A DNA stretch of 64,000 nt from Acidimicrobiia bacterium (GTDB taxonomy: Bacteria; Actinomycetota; Acidimicrobiia; Acidimicrobiales; SHLQ01). Location of the stretch: the NCBI GenBank assembly GCA_033344795.1, contig JAWPMS010000001.1, forward strand, positions 4,152,757 through 4,216,756, given 5' to 3'. A program made the translations under genes and the position numbers. Every line of letters starts with the position of its first letter. The first letter of the stretch is position 1. Below are positions 41,506 through 50,998 of the stretch, piece after piece. The notes under the pieces are model-generated. The model was not told where the DNA came from. It made no database searches and saw only the letters and a program-made list of their open reading frames with translations.

Positions 41506-42387
41506 TCAGAGGAGGAGTCCGAAGGTGAGAAGCAGCCCGCTCACGAGCTGCGTTCGAGCCGTTGACTCGAGGACGGGAATCAGGTCCCGGCCGGTCGCTC
41601 CTGCACGAACGGCAAGAATTCCCGGCATCGAGACACCAAATCCGAAGAGACCGAGGAGAAGCGCAGGGCGAGCAGCCACCGCAGCCACGAGCGCGATCAG
41701 CACGAACGCGCCGGTCATCGATGCTGTGTAGAGCAGGCGAGTGCGCGAGTCACCGAGACGCACGGCGAGGGTGGTCTTGCCCATCGCTTCATCGCCCTCG
41801 CGGTCGCGCAGGTTGTTGATCACCAACAGGGCCGTCGCGAAAACGCCCACCGGAACCGACAAGACCAGTGCCAACCCGGAGAGTTCTTCGGTCTGCACAT
41901 ACGCCGACCCGGTCGTCGCCACGATTCCAAAGAAGACGAACACGACCACTTCCCCGAGCCCGAGGTAACCGTAGGGATTCTTCCCTCCCGTGTAGAACCA
42001 CCCAGCCGCGATCGAGGCGGCACCGATCGCCAGCAGCCAGGGATTCACCGCCAACGACAGGACCAATCCAACGATCCCGGCGACAACGAACGATGCGATG
42101 AGCGCAGCCTTCACCTGGGCAGGCGATGCAGCACCCGAACCGACGAGCCTCAGCGGCCCGACGCGGTCATCGTCCGTGCCGCGAATCCCGTCGCTGTAGT
42201 CGTTTGCGTAGTTGGTCCCGACCTGGAGGGCGAGCGCCACGACCATGGCGGCGAGGAATCGCCATGGGATGAACTCATCCTCGGCCACCGCGGCGGTGCC
42301 CACCACCACGGGGACTACGGCTGCTGGAAGCGTCTTTGGTCTCGCTCCTGCGATCCACAATCTGATTCCGGTCGGGTGCACGCTCAT
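41506..42387 (-). CDS. menA: 1,4-dihydroxy-2-naphthoate polyprenyltransferase MenA
   Basis: WIAGARPKTLPAAVVPVVVG...GTNYANDYSDGIRGTD..R.GP.R...NN.RD...D...GK.TL.VR.G. ATG 42387 was chosen within the longer ORF. Confidence 0.85.
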   Translation of the reverse strand: MSVHPTGIRLWIAGARPKTLPAAVVPVVVGTAAVAEDEFIPWRFLAAMVVALALQVGTNYANDYSDGIRGTDDDRVGPLRLVGSGAASPAQVKAALIASFVVAGIVGLVLSLAVNPWLLAIGAASIAAGWFYTGGKNPYGYLGLGEVVVFVFFGIVATTGSAYVQTEELSGLALVLSVPVGVFATALLVINNLRDREGDEAMGKTTLAVRLGDSRTRLLYTASMTGAFVLIALVAAVAARPALLLGLFGFGVSMPGILAVRAGATGRDLIPVLESTARTQLVSGLLLTFGLLL

Positions 42388-42415
42388 GGCGTCCAAGTAT
42401 GGCCCACGAGCGAGT

Positions 42416-43021
42416 TCACCAACGGCCCCGATGCGTCGTCTTCTCTGGCGCTCGACGTGCGCGTTGGCTCGAGCGACTCGGACGGTCGTTCTCTGTATCG
42501 GGGTGCCCCACTGCAACGGTACCCACGGCCCGAAAGTGGTCCGGGACGCCGAACGCCGAACGAACCGATGGCTCGTGATCGAACTGCCCAAAAAGGCACG
42601 CACCGAGTCCGCACGCCACCGCAGCCAACAAGATGTTCTCGACCGCAGCCCCTCCGTCGACCCACCAGTAAGGCACCGGCCATGCGTGTGGACCCACGCC
42701 AAGACCCGTCCGGGCCTTGTCTGGCTCGCTGTATCGAGCCGCGTAGCGGGCTGGATCTACATAGGGGACCAGAAGCAAAGGCGCCCGGAGGAGACCGGGC
42801 CACGGAAAGGCGTCACGCTTGTCGGGTGCGAGGGTCGTCTCCCAGTACCGAACGACGTCCTCACCGGTGAGGACGAGCAGCTCGAGCGAGCGGGTATTCC
42901 CCGCGCTCGGAGCACTGTGCGCCGCGGCAACAATTCGATCGATGGTGGCCTCAGCGACCGGCTCCGCTCGATAGCTGCGGACCATCCTTCGCTGCGCGAT
43001 CGCGTCGAACAGCGATGTCAT
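42416..43021 (-). CDS. Nitroreductase family protein
   Basis: LFDAIAQRRMVRSYRAEPV....I..I..AA..APSAGNT... Confidence 0.8.
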   Translation of the reverse strand: MTSLFDAIAQRRMVRSYRAEPVAEATIDRIVAAAHSAPSAGNTRSLELLVLTGEDVVRYWETTLAPDKRDAFPWPGLLRAPLLLVPYVDPARYAARYSEPDKARTGLGVGPHAWPVPYWWVDGGAAVENILLAAVACGLGACLFGQFDHEPSVRSAFGVPDHFRAVGTVAVGHPDTENDRPSRSSQRARRAPEKTTHRGRW

Positions 43022-43057
43022 GACGAAACTCTGACCGAGGCATGCAGCCTCCCAAGA

Positions 43058-43726
43058 TCAGGCGAACTTGGCAAGATCCTCCGACATTGCCCAACCGAAT
43101 GCCACGAGCACATCACCGTTCGCGGGATCAAGGTCATCGAAGTACGCGGCAACCGCTGGATCGATGCTCTCTGGCTTGGACGATTCGTGGTCGAACGCGC
43201 ACGGAATCGATCCGTTGCCCTTGGAACTGAACGTTCGATCGGCATATCGGAGCGGCGAGATCCCGAATCGTTTCGCGAATCGGCGTCCCCAAGCACGCTC
43301 CTCGCCCGACGCCTTGTGATCTGGGCGAGGCACGATGTCATTGAAGCTCTTGAGTAGTTCGAAGCCATCGGGGGTCTGCATGCGTAGCCCGACGACCACA
43401 TCCTCGTCTGGGAACGCCATGACGGCTCGGTGCATCAGATCGGTCACCATGCCCCGCATGACACTGTCACGACGCGAGGAGCGACCAATGGAGCCGAGTC
43501 CGAGGATGATCGCAGGCGTTCCGCCGATTCGCTCGAGGGTGTAGTACGCAAACCCCTTCAAACGACCGTTGTCGAGCGCCTGGCAGCACAAAACCCATTC
43601 CTCGGCTTGTTTGGAGAGCTCGCCCGCCTCATATGGGAGCGGCGCATCCGCGCAGAGGTCGGCCATGTCGGAGATCTCGGCATCGCTGAGCGCGTTGCAG
43701 TCTTTGGTTTCAACTTCCATTGCCAT
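43058..43726 (-). CDS. Hypothetical protein (~222 aa)
   Basis: ATG 43726 was chosen so that the gene does not overlap dnaE. No diagnostic motif was recognised. Confidence 0.45.
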   Translation of the reverse strand: MAMEVETKDCNALSDAEISDMADLCADAPLPYEAGELSKQAEEWVLCCQALDNGRLKGFAYYTLERIGGTPAIILGLGSIGRSSRRDSVMRGMVTDLMHRAVMAFPDEDVVVGLRMQTPDGFELLKSFNDIVPRPDHKASGEERAWGRRFAKRFGISPLRYADRTFSSKGNGSIPCAFDHESSKPESIDPAVAAYFDDLDPANGDVLVAFGWAMSEDLAKFA

Positions 43727-43811
43727 GTGCGGAGTTCGCCTCGCTGTTTGTTCTTGGGGCCCTACTAGTCCAGTCGATCCGAGGTCGAAAACGCAAACTG
43801 GGTCGAACTGC

Positions 43812-46800
43812 TTAGACAACCACGGCATCGGGGCCAAGGAGAACTCGGAGCTCTGCGACCAGACCGCTACCGGTGTCGACCCGATACGTCTCGGGCAGAC
43901 GGATCACCTGTTTGCCCTCGAGATGTAAGAATACCTCGGACTCGCCGCTGTGATCGTTCAACAGCCCCTTGAGCGCATCGAGTGTGTTCGGATCCTGGGC
44001 GTGGGTTGGCAGCCGCAAACGCAGAGGAATCGACGCTGTCATCTGACTCGAATCGAAGATTTCCAAGTCTTGCGCGATGAACTTGGGTATGTCGTCCTTG
44101 CCGTCGAGACGGCCGCGAACAACCACGATGGCGTCATCGATGAGCTTGTGACCGTGTTCGGTCATCGTGCGTGGGAACACCATGACCTCGATCGAACCTT
44201 CGAGATCTTCGAGCTCGAAGATCGCCATGAGATCGCCCTTTCGCGTCCACTTCTTCTGCAGGTTCGTGATCACTCCACCCACACGAAGGAACGCTCCATC
44301 CGCCTCGTCGGACAACGCACCGACCGTCTTGTCGCATCGACGGCCCAGGGCTGCTTCGTAGCCGAGGATTGGATGATCGGAGATGTACAGCCCGAGCATC
44401 TCTTTTTCGTGCGCGAGCTTGGGCATCTTGTCGAATTCGATGTCTGGAATATCGGGGCGATCATCGAACGACGGTTCATCGCCCAAGCTGCCAAAGAGTG
44501 TTGCGACACCGATGTCGTGATCCTTGCGGGAGGCGACCGTCCGGTCGATGATCACCTCGTACACGTTGAGGAGACCCTTCCGAGGGTGCCCGAGGGCGTC
44601 GAACGATCCCGCCTTGATAAGAGACTCGATGGTCCGTTTGTTGAGCACGGTGTAGTCGACCCGCTCGACGAACTCGAGGAAGCTCGTGAAGGGCCCGTTG
44701 GCATCACGTTCGGCAACGATCTGTTCGACGAGGGCGGTTCCCACGTTGCGCACCGCAGACATACCGAAGACGATTTCGCCGAGTTTGTCGCCGGACTCCA
44801 GATTCGGCTCGGGGTGAAAGTCGACACGAGCCCGATTGATGTCGGGAACGATGACGTCAATTCCCATCACCCGACACTCGTTGAGATAGATAGCGGCCTT
44901 TTCGAGGCTGCCCTTCACCGAGGTCAACAGTGCCGCGAGGTACTCGACCGGGTAGTGCGCCTTCAGCCAGGCGATTTGAAAGGCGACAAATCCGTATCCG
45001 TAGCTGTGGCTCTTGTTGAACGCGTAGTCCGCGAAGGGTTCGATGATCTTCCACCACTCCTCGCCCAAATCGCGGCCATAACCCGTGGTTTCACAACCGT
45101 CGACGAACTTGGCCTTCTCCTTCTGCATGACTTCGCGGATCTTCTTGCCGCAGGCTTTGCGAAGCGAGTCGGCATCGGCGAGTGAGTAGCCGGCGAACTT
45201 CTGCGCCACTCGCATCATCGACTCTTGGTAGATCATCAAGCCATACGTGTCGCCAAGAATTTCCGATGCATCATCGTGAAGGAGCGTGACCTCTTGGCGG
45301 CCGTTCTTGCGGTCGGCGTAGTCGTTGTGCATGTTCGCTTCCATCGGCCCCGGCCGATAGAGCGCGACGAGCGCGGCGACATCTTCGAACTCTGTTGGGC
45401 CGAGCGACTTCATCAGCGACCGCATCGGTGTCGACTCGAGCTGGAATACCCCGATCGTGTCGCCTCGCTGCAGTAGTTCGTAGGTCTTGGCGTCATCGAG
45501 ATCGACGTTGTCGATGTCGACTTCGATGTTTTGTGTCTCGCCGATCATTCGAAGCGTGTCGTCGATGACATCGAGGTTTCGCAGACCAAGAAAGTCCATC
45601 TTCAAGAGGCCGAGTGACTCGACGCCGTTCATCTCATACTGCGTGACGACGGGAGCGTCTTCGGGGGCTTGTCCAGCTTCGGGTTTCCGTTGGATCGGCA
45701 GGTAGTCGGTGAGCGGATCCTTTGTAATCACGACTGCCGCAGCGTGAATGCCGTCGGAGCGCCTCAGACCCTCGAGACCCTTGGCCACCTCGACGACTTC
45801 TGCAGCCACCGAATCGGTCGCGACCATTTCGCGGAGGTCGTTGGCCTGCGCGTATCCGCCTTCGTACTTGGGGTGTTTCTCGAAGCAGTACTGCAGCGGT
45901 GTGTCCCGGCCCATGATGAGCGGAGGCATGGCCTTTGCCACCTTGTCGCCAACCGCGTATGGGTAGCCGAGCACCCTCGCCGCATCACGGACCGCAGCGC
46001 GCGCCTTGATCTGACTGAACGTCACGATCTGAGCGACGTGGTCTCGACCATAACGTTCGGCGCAGTACCGAATCATCTGGTCTCGGTAACGGGAGTCGAA
46101 GTCCATGTCGATGTCGGGCATCGAGATACGGGACGGATTCAAGAACCGCTCGAACAGCAGGTCGTACTTGATTGGATCGAGGTCGGTGATCCAGAGGCAA
46201 TACGCGACCGCACAACCAGCCGCCGATCCTCGACCTGGACCAACCCGGATCCCGTTGTCTCGGGCGTATTTGATGAGGTCCCAGGTGATGATGAAGTACG
46301 AAGAGAACCCCATGTTCTTGATGACGTCGAGCTCGAACACCAACCGTTCAACGGCAGCTTCCGGGATGTTCTCGCCCCATCGTTTGCGCGCCCCCTCCAT
46401 CGTGAGGTGCAACAGGTAGTCGTCATCGTTCTCGAAGCCAGGCGGAAGCGGGAAACTCGGCAGCTGCGGTTCGCCGAACTCGATCTCGACATTGCAGCGC
46501 TCGGCTATCCAGAGGCTGTTGTCGCAGGCGACCTCGACCTCGCGCCACATGTGGCGCATCTCGGCGGCGGTCTTCAGATAGTGCTGGTCGCCGTGGAACT
46601 TGAACCGGTCGGGGTCGCTGCGAAGTGACCCGGTCTGCACGCACAGCAGCGCGTCGTGCGCCGCGTGATCGGCTTGATGCGTGTAGTGGCTGTCGTTGGT
46701 CGCAAGGATCGGGGCACCGATCTTCTTGGCGATCTCCAGCAGCTGTGGGTTGGTGCGAATCTGTTCGGGGATGCCATGGTCCTGAAGCTCGATGAAGAGA

Positions 46801-47351
46801 TTGTCACGCCCGAAGATGTCTTGGAATCGCCCGGCCCGTTGTACCGCCTCGTCGAAGTTGCCCTGCAGCAAAGACTGCAGGACCTGGCCGCCGAGGCAAC
46901 CCGTCGTCGCGATCAGTCCCTCCGAGTGCTGATCGAGGAGCTCCCAATCGACTCTCGGCTTGTAGTAGTACCCCTCCATGAAGGCCTTTGAGGCCAGCTG
47001 GATCATGTTCTGATAGCCGGTGTTGTTCTCCGCCAGCAGGATCAGGTGGTAGTAGAGCTTCTTGCCTGCATCGGTGGAACCGCCGGAGTCATCCATCTTG
47101 CCGCGGCGTGAAGGTCGCTCGGAGCGGTGTTCGTGGGCCATGTAGGCCTCGGTGCCGAGGATTGGTTTGATCCCGGCCTTGTTGCACGACTTGTAGAAGT
47201 CGAGGATGCCGTACATGTTGCCGTGGTCGGTGATCCCGAGCGCTGGCTGGCCGTCGGCAGCTGCTGCGGCGACCAGGTCATCGAGGCGCGATGCGCCATC
47301 GAGCATCGAGAACTCGGTATGGACGTGCAGATGGGTGAAGGACCCGGCCAT
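43812..47351 (-). CDS. dnaE: DNA polymerase III alpha subunit DnaE
   Basis: PHP domain: FTHLHVHTEFSMLDGA...ITDHGNM.G. Further motifs: PDIDMDF, GLLKMDFLGL.NL, FNKSHS..Y. AGGAG sits 5 nt upstream. Confidence 0.97.
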   Translation of the reverse strand: MAGSFTHLHVHTEFSMLDGASRLDDLVAAAAADGQPALGITDHGNMYGILDFYKSCNKAGIKPILGTEAYMAHEHRSERPSRRGKMDDSGGSTDAGKKLYYHLILLAENNTGYQNMIQLASKAFMEGYYYKPRVDWELLDQHSEGLIATTGCLGGQVLQSLLQGNFDEAVQRAGRFQDIFGRDNLFIELQDHGIPEQIRTNPQLLEIAKKIGAPILATNDSHYTHQADHAAHDALLCVQTGSLRSDPDRFKFHGDQHYLKTAAEMRHMWREVEVACDNSLWIAERCNVEIEFGEPQLPSFPLPPGFENDDDYLLHLTMEGARKRWGENIPEAAVERLVFELDVIKNMGFSSYFIITWDLIKYARDNGIRVGPGRGSAAGCAVAYCLWITDLDPIKYDLLFERFLNPSRISMPDIDMDFDSRYRDQMIRYCAERYGRDHVAQIVTFSQIKARAAVRDAARVLGYPYAVGDKVAKAMPPLIMGRDTPLQYCFEKHPKYEGGYAQANDLREMVATDSVAAEVVEVAKGLEGLRRSDGIHAAAVVITKDPLTDYLPIQRKPEAGQAPEDAPVVTQYEMNGVESLGLLKMDFLGLRNLDVIDDTLRMIGETQNIEVDIDNVDLDDAKTYELLQRGDTIGVFQLESTPMRSLMKSLGPTEFEDVAALVALYRPGPMEANMHNDYADRKNGRQEVTLLHDDASEILGDTYGLMIYQESMMRVAQKFAGYSLADADSLRKACGKKIREVMQKEKAKFVDGCETTGYGRDLGEEWWKIIEPFADYAFNKSHSYGYGFVAFQIAWLKAHYPVEYLAALLTSVKGSLEKAAIYLNECRVMGIDVIVPDINRARVDFHPEPNLESGDKLGEIVFGMSAVRNVGTALVEQIVAERDANGPFTSFLEFVERVDYTVLNKRTIESLIKAGSFDALGHPRKGLLNVYEVIIDRTVASRKDHDIGVATLFGSLGDEPSFDDRPDIPDIEFDKMPKLAHEKEMLGLYISDHPILGYEAALGRRCDKTVGALSDEADGAFLRVGGVITNLQKKWTRKGDLMAIFELEDLEGSIEVMVFPRTMTEHGHKLIDDAIVVVRGRLDGKDDIPKFIAQDLEIFDSSQMTASIPLRLRLPTHAQDPNTLDALKGLLNDHSGESEVFLHLEGKQVIRLPETYRVDTGSGLVAELRVLLGPDAVVV

Positions 47352-47628
47352 CGAACTCCTAGGCGTCGGTCTGACACCCTAGCGAATTACATCGACGAAA
47401 TTCGAGCGCAGAGCGACTACACGTCGGGACTTCCGCCCGACTTCCGGCCTCGCCGACATGGCCGTTCCTCCATTCTTTGTGCGTTTGACCACCTCTGAAG
47501 AGGTGAAGTGCACAAATTTTGGAAGAAGAGGGACGAACGACGGAAAGGCGCCTCCGGCGCAACAGCCGAGCATCGAGAGCCGTCAGGCTCGGATTGCGAC
47601 CGCTGGAGCGAGGAACGAGCGGGAAAAA

Positions 47629-48729
47629 TTACACAATCGTGTGGAGTATCGGGACGAGCATTTCTGCCGGAGTCAACGAACCATGACGTCCGACGAGCTT
47701 GTCTGCGTGGCGCTCCCCCGGGTCGTCGAATCCGATCGGTGCGTGAGCGACCAAGGCGACATCGCCCAAGCGGGAGGCCGCCTCCTGGCTCACCGTTGGA
47801 CCGAACCAACCTTCGTCGATGACCCGTTGCTTCGTGCGCACCCAGGCGTGCTCTCCATGGGCTTCCTGAGCTGCACTCTCGAGCTCGGCTGTGGCCCCGC
47901 CCTTCGCGTGCAGCCATCGAAAACGTGGCTCCCCAGAACGTTGTGCGGTGAGGTCGAGGCACGATCCGTGCACCGGAACGATTTCTGGCGCATCGATCTG
48001 TCCGTGGTCTGCGGTGACGACAAGCGCCGTGCCAGATGGAAGAGCGTCGAGCATCGCACCGACCAGCCAATCACAGAAGGCGAGCTCGAGGTTGAAATGT
48101 GAGCCGCTGAACCCATGGATGTGCGCCACATGATCTAGGCCGTCGTAGTACGCGTAGACACGATCGTGTCCTTGATCGAGCAAGGCTCTCGTCTCGGCGA
48201 CGATCGACGACGGGTGCCAGAAGCCGTGATAGGGCGCCGCTCCGAGGTAACACTCGGTGAAGCCGGATCCGATGAATGTTCGATCGCTCACGACGTGCCA
48301 GTCACCACCGCCGAGCGTCGGGACCGGTTGGATGTCGCTGGGCGACACGACGTCTCGGTGGTCCCCTGCCGGAGTTGTCCAGCGGAGCGCATTCATGACC
48401 GAGCCGCCTGCCGGGAAACGATAACCAACGATGCCATGTTCGCCGGGAGCTACTCCGGTCGAGATCGAAGTCAATGCTGCGGCGGTCGTCGAGGGAGCGA
48501 CGGTCGTTGCGGGACCGCCGCCCATCGCGCTCATGACCGGTGCGAGTGCTCGCCGCTCCTCGAGCTGCATCCACCCGAGTGAATCGAGTACGAGAAGCAC
48601 CACGTTGTCGGCTTTGGCAACCTCATCGGGGATCGTTGCGCTCGGCACCCCCCAGGTGAGCGCTGGCATGATCGACAAGGTCGACGACCCCGAGAAGTCG
48701 GGGAGCATTGGAGAGCCTGCCGTTGTCAT
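47629..48729 (-). CDS. Alkaline-phosphatase-superfamily protein (nucleotide pyrophosphatase/phosphodiesterase-like)
   Basis: VVLLVLDSLGW, YYDGLDHVAHIHG, LVVTADHGQ. ATG 48729 overlaps the rluD stop (ATGA). The ORF-track extension to 49146 was rejected. Confidence 0.7.
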   Translation of the reverse strand: MTTAGSPMLPDFSGSSTLSIMPALTWGVPSATIPDEVAKADNVVLLVLDSLGWMQLEERRALAPVMSAMGGGPATTVAPSTTAAALTSISTGVAPGEHGIVGYRFPAGGSVMNALRWTTPAGDHRDVVSPSDIQPVPTLGGGDWHVVSDRTFIGSGFTECYLGAAPYHGFWHPSSIVAETRALLDQGHDRVYAYYDGLDHVAHIHGFSGSHFNLELAFCDWLVGAMLDALPSGTALVVTADHGQIDAPEIVPVHGSCLDLTAQRSGEPRFRWLHAKGGATAELESAAQEAHGEHAWVRTKQRVIDEGWFGPTVSQEAASRLGDVALVAHAPIGFDDPGERHADKLVGRHGSLTPAEMLVPILHTIV

Positions 48730-49664
48730 GACGCTGGCACCGCGCCGCCGTCGGGCGCTCCAAGGTCGGACAGAACGGACTGCATGTCGGCAGGAAGTGG
48801 AGTGGCGAATTCGAGCCACTCCCCACTCGTCGGGTGCTCGAACCCAAGCTCGGCCGCATGCAGTGCGGGACGCTCCATGCCGAGCGAACCGCGAGCAGCG
48901 CCGTATCGACCATCGCCCACCACCGGGTGATGGATCGCCTCGAGATGAACTCGAATCTGATGCGTGCGTCCGGTATCGAGCGTGCACGCAAACAACGCGA
49001 CGACCGGCTCGTCCCAGGTTGCCTCGACTCGATACGAGGTGCGCGCCGACTTGCCATCGTTTCGAACGACCATGCGCGTTGGGTCGCGTACAGCGCGACC
49101 AATCGGTGCTTCGATGACGCCTCGTGGAGTGTCGGGATGTCCCCACGCCAACGCGAGGTAGCGCCGTGAGACCGTTCGTTCACGTAGTTGACGCGTCAGC
49201 GAGTCGTAGGCGACAGCGGTACGTGCGATGACGAATATGCCAGATGTGCCCTTGTCGAGCCGATGCACGACCCCCGGGCGTTCGGGCTGTCCAACCTCAC
49301 GAACCTCGGGGTACGCAGCGATCACGCCCTGGGCAATCGTGCCCGTCTTGTGGCCGGACCCGGGATGCACGATCTGTCCAGGCCGCTTGGCGATCACCAG
49401 GACGTCCTCGTCGATGTGTACGTAGTCGATTTCGACAGACGGATCGTCGGAGATCGGCGGCGCTTCTTCGAGCACGATGTCATCGATCGACAACTCTTGA
49501 TCGGTCGCAACCCGCTGTGACCCCTTCGTGACCAGGTTGCCGTCGAGCGTCACAAGCTTGTTCTCGATGGCGTCCGACGCAGCAGCCCGGCTCAATCCCA
49601 TGAGCATCGAGACCACACGGTCGACGCGCTCGCCATCGAGGGGGTCGGGAATCGTCTCAATCAC
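48726..49664 (-). CDS. rluD: RluA/RluD-family pseudouridine synthase
   Basis: S4-like domain: ERVDRVVS......SR......I....V..(D)G. Catalytic motif: GVVHRLDKGTSG. Also HQIRVH. The GTG start overlaps the lspA stop. Confidence 0.85.
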   Translation of the reverse strand: MIETIPDPLDGERVDRVVSMLMGLSRAAASDAIENKLVTLDGNLVTKGSQRVATDQELSIDDIVLEEAPPISDDPSVEIDYVHIDEDVLVIAKRPGQIVHPGSGHKTGTIAQGVIAAYPEVREVGQPERPGVVHRLDKGTSGIFVIARTAVAYDSLTRQLRERTVSRRYLALAWGHPDTPRGVIEAPIGRAVRDPTRMVVRNDGKSARTSYRVEATWDEPVVALFACTLDTGRTHQIRVHLEAIHHPVVGDGRYGAARGSLGMERPALHAAELGFEHPTSGEWLEFATPLPADMQSVLSDLGAPDGGAVPAS

Positions 49665-50169
49665 GTGAACCCAAGATCGCCACGAGCGCACCGCCGACGA
49701 CGATCGCCACATCGGCGAGGTTGAACACCGGCCACCAGCCACCGACCTCGAGGAAGTCGATCACGGCACCGCCGAGAAACCCATCGCCGTCCCGAAAGAG
49801 ACGGTCGATCACATTGCCGAGCGCTCCACCTTGAATCAGCCCGAGGCCAAGGACGACGACGCGGCTGCGCACGTGGCGCACGATCCAGAACATCGCGACC
49901 GAAACGGCGATGGCGAGGACACCAAAGACCGGTCCAAGTCCTTCCCCAAGAGAGAATGCCGAACCCGTGTTGTAGACGAGCCGTAGGGACGAACCAAACG
50001 GTCCATCGATACTCGAATCCTCAAGCGCGCTGACCGCCCACACCTTCGTGATCTGATCGACGATGAGGACGCCTATGCAGACGGTGAGAAGTTGCCAGCG
50101 ACGAGCTGAGATCTGCAGGGGACCCAGCGCGACTGCTGACGAATCGCTCGTCGACTCAGCGACGCCCAA
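49657..50169 (-). CDS. lspA: Lipoprotein signal peptidase LspA (signal peptidase II)
   Basis: DQITK.WA...L......L.L.YN.G.AF....(G)...GGALGN.IDR...G.V.DF......WP.FN.AD. The start is uncertain (TTG 50169 proposed). Confidence 0.8.
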   Translation of the reverse strand: MGVAESTSDSSAVALGPLQISARRWQLLTVCIGVLIVDQITKVWAVSALEDSSIDGPFGSSLRLVYNTGSAFSLGEGLGPVFGVLAIAVSVAMFWIVRHVRSRVVVLGLGLIQGGALGNVIDRLFRDGDGFLGGAVIDFLEVGGWWPVFNLADVAIVVGGALVAILGSRD

Positions 50170-50869
50170 GCCCGCCGACTTTGAACTCGACACGCTGTGA
50201 AGCCCACGGAATGGCCTCGAGGCGTTCTTTGGGGATCGGCAGGCCCGACTCGATGCAGACGCCGTACACCTTGTCCGCAAGGCGCTGCAAGGCCGCATCG
50301 ATCTCCTCGACGGCCTGCTGCGCTTGCGCACTCAAGGCCAGGTCGCGTTCACGCTCGACCGACAACGTGTCGCCCTCGCCCGACTCCTCGTCGAATTGCA
50401 CGTCACCTGGCTCGCGATCGAGCACGAGCGAATCGGCTTCCTCGCGATACGACACGGCCGATCGAGTGTACTTTTCGCGCTCTCGGAGTAGCTCGGCTTC
50501 CTGCTTTTTGAGGAAAGGTTTGGTGAAGGCTTTCGCCGCGACCTTTTGGTGTTCTTTCAGGCGAGCCGCAGCTGCTGCTCGTGCTTCGTCGACCTTTGAG
50601 GACTCTGACACCACTGCCTTTGCTGGAGCCTTCTTTGCGGGGCTCTTCTTTGCTGGAGCCTTCTTTGCTGGAGCCTTGGTAGCTGCAGCTTTCTTTGCGG
50701 GACTCTTCTTCGCTGGAGCCTTCTTTGCGGGACTCTTCTTTGCCGGAGCCTTCTTTGCGGGGCTCTTCTTTGCCGGAGCCTTCTTTGCTGCGGCCTTCTT
50801 CGTTCCTGATGCCGTCTTCTTTGCGGCTGCCTTCTTCGCCACTCCAACACCTTTCTCCAGCAACCACAC
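50156..50869 (-). CDS. DksA/TraR-like protein with an N-terminal Lys/Ala/Pro histone-H1-like repeat tail
   Basis: C-terminus: FDEESGEGD.....ER....A.......EI..AL.R.....YG.C...G..I...RLEA.P.A. N-terminus: ([10 protein letters not shown])n. The start is GTG at 50869 or 50842. Confidence 0.7.
   Translation of the reverse strand: MWLLEKGVGVAKKAAAKKTASGTKKAAAKKAPAKKSPAKKAPAKKSPAKKAPAKKSPAKKAAATKAPAKKAPAKKSPAKKAPAKAVVSESSKVDEARAAAAARLKEHQKVAAKAFTKPFLKKQEAELLREREKYTRSAVSYREEADSLVLDREPGDVQFDEESGEGDTLSVERERDLALSAQAQQAVEEIDAALQRLADKVYGVCIESGLPIPKERLEAIPWASQRVEFKVGGLGRR
50621..50790 (-). repeat. ~30-bp imperfect tandem DNA repeats encoding [10 protein letters not shown] units
   Basis: The plus strand shows ~5 units of gc(t/c)ggagccttctttgcgg(g/a)(g/c)tcttctt(t/c). 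Confidence 0.8.
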
Positions 50870-50998
50870 GACCGTGGTTCCTGCACTGCCCGATTACGTC
50901 AACGTGATCGGGTCCTTGAGGCGAGAAGTCTAGACGGAGGTCAGTGGGTTCCCACGGACGCAGCGTCGGACCGCCGCCGGGCGCCGAAACTGCAGCGA

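Noticed and set aside
43950-45185. 411-aa plus-strand ORF. Similar long plus-strand ORFs occur at 51222-52379, 55164-56543, 58724-60376 and 61680-62939.
   Set aside because: Each is antisense to an unambiguous housekeeping gene (dnaE, divIVA, ftsZ/ftsQ, murC/murG, murD), and none has motifs of its own.
47392-47405. Palindrome-like TCGACGAAATTCGA upstream of dnaE, considered as a LexA/SOS box.
   Set aside because: The actinobacterial LexA consensus is TCGAAC-N4-GTTCGA, that is TCGA-N8-TCGA. Here the spacing is TCGA-N6-TCGA and the inner bases do not match.
50181-50933. 250-aa plus-strand ORF with FFAG repeats.
   Set aside because: It is the mirror image of the Lys/Ala/Pro repeat of the minus-strand DksA-like gene. 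The minus-strand frame continues into a recognisable DksA/TraR domain, whereas this one does not.
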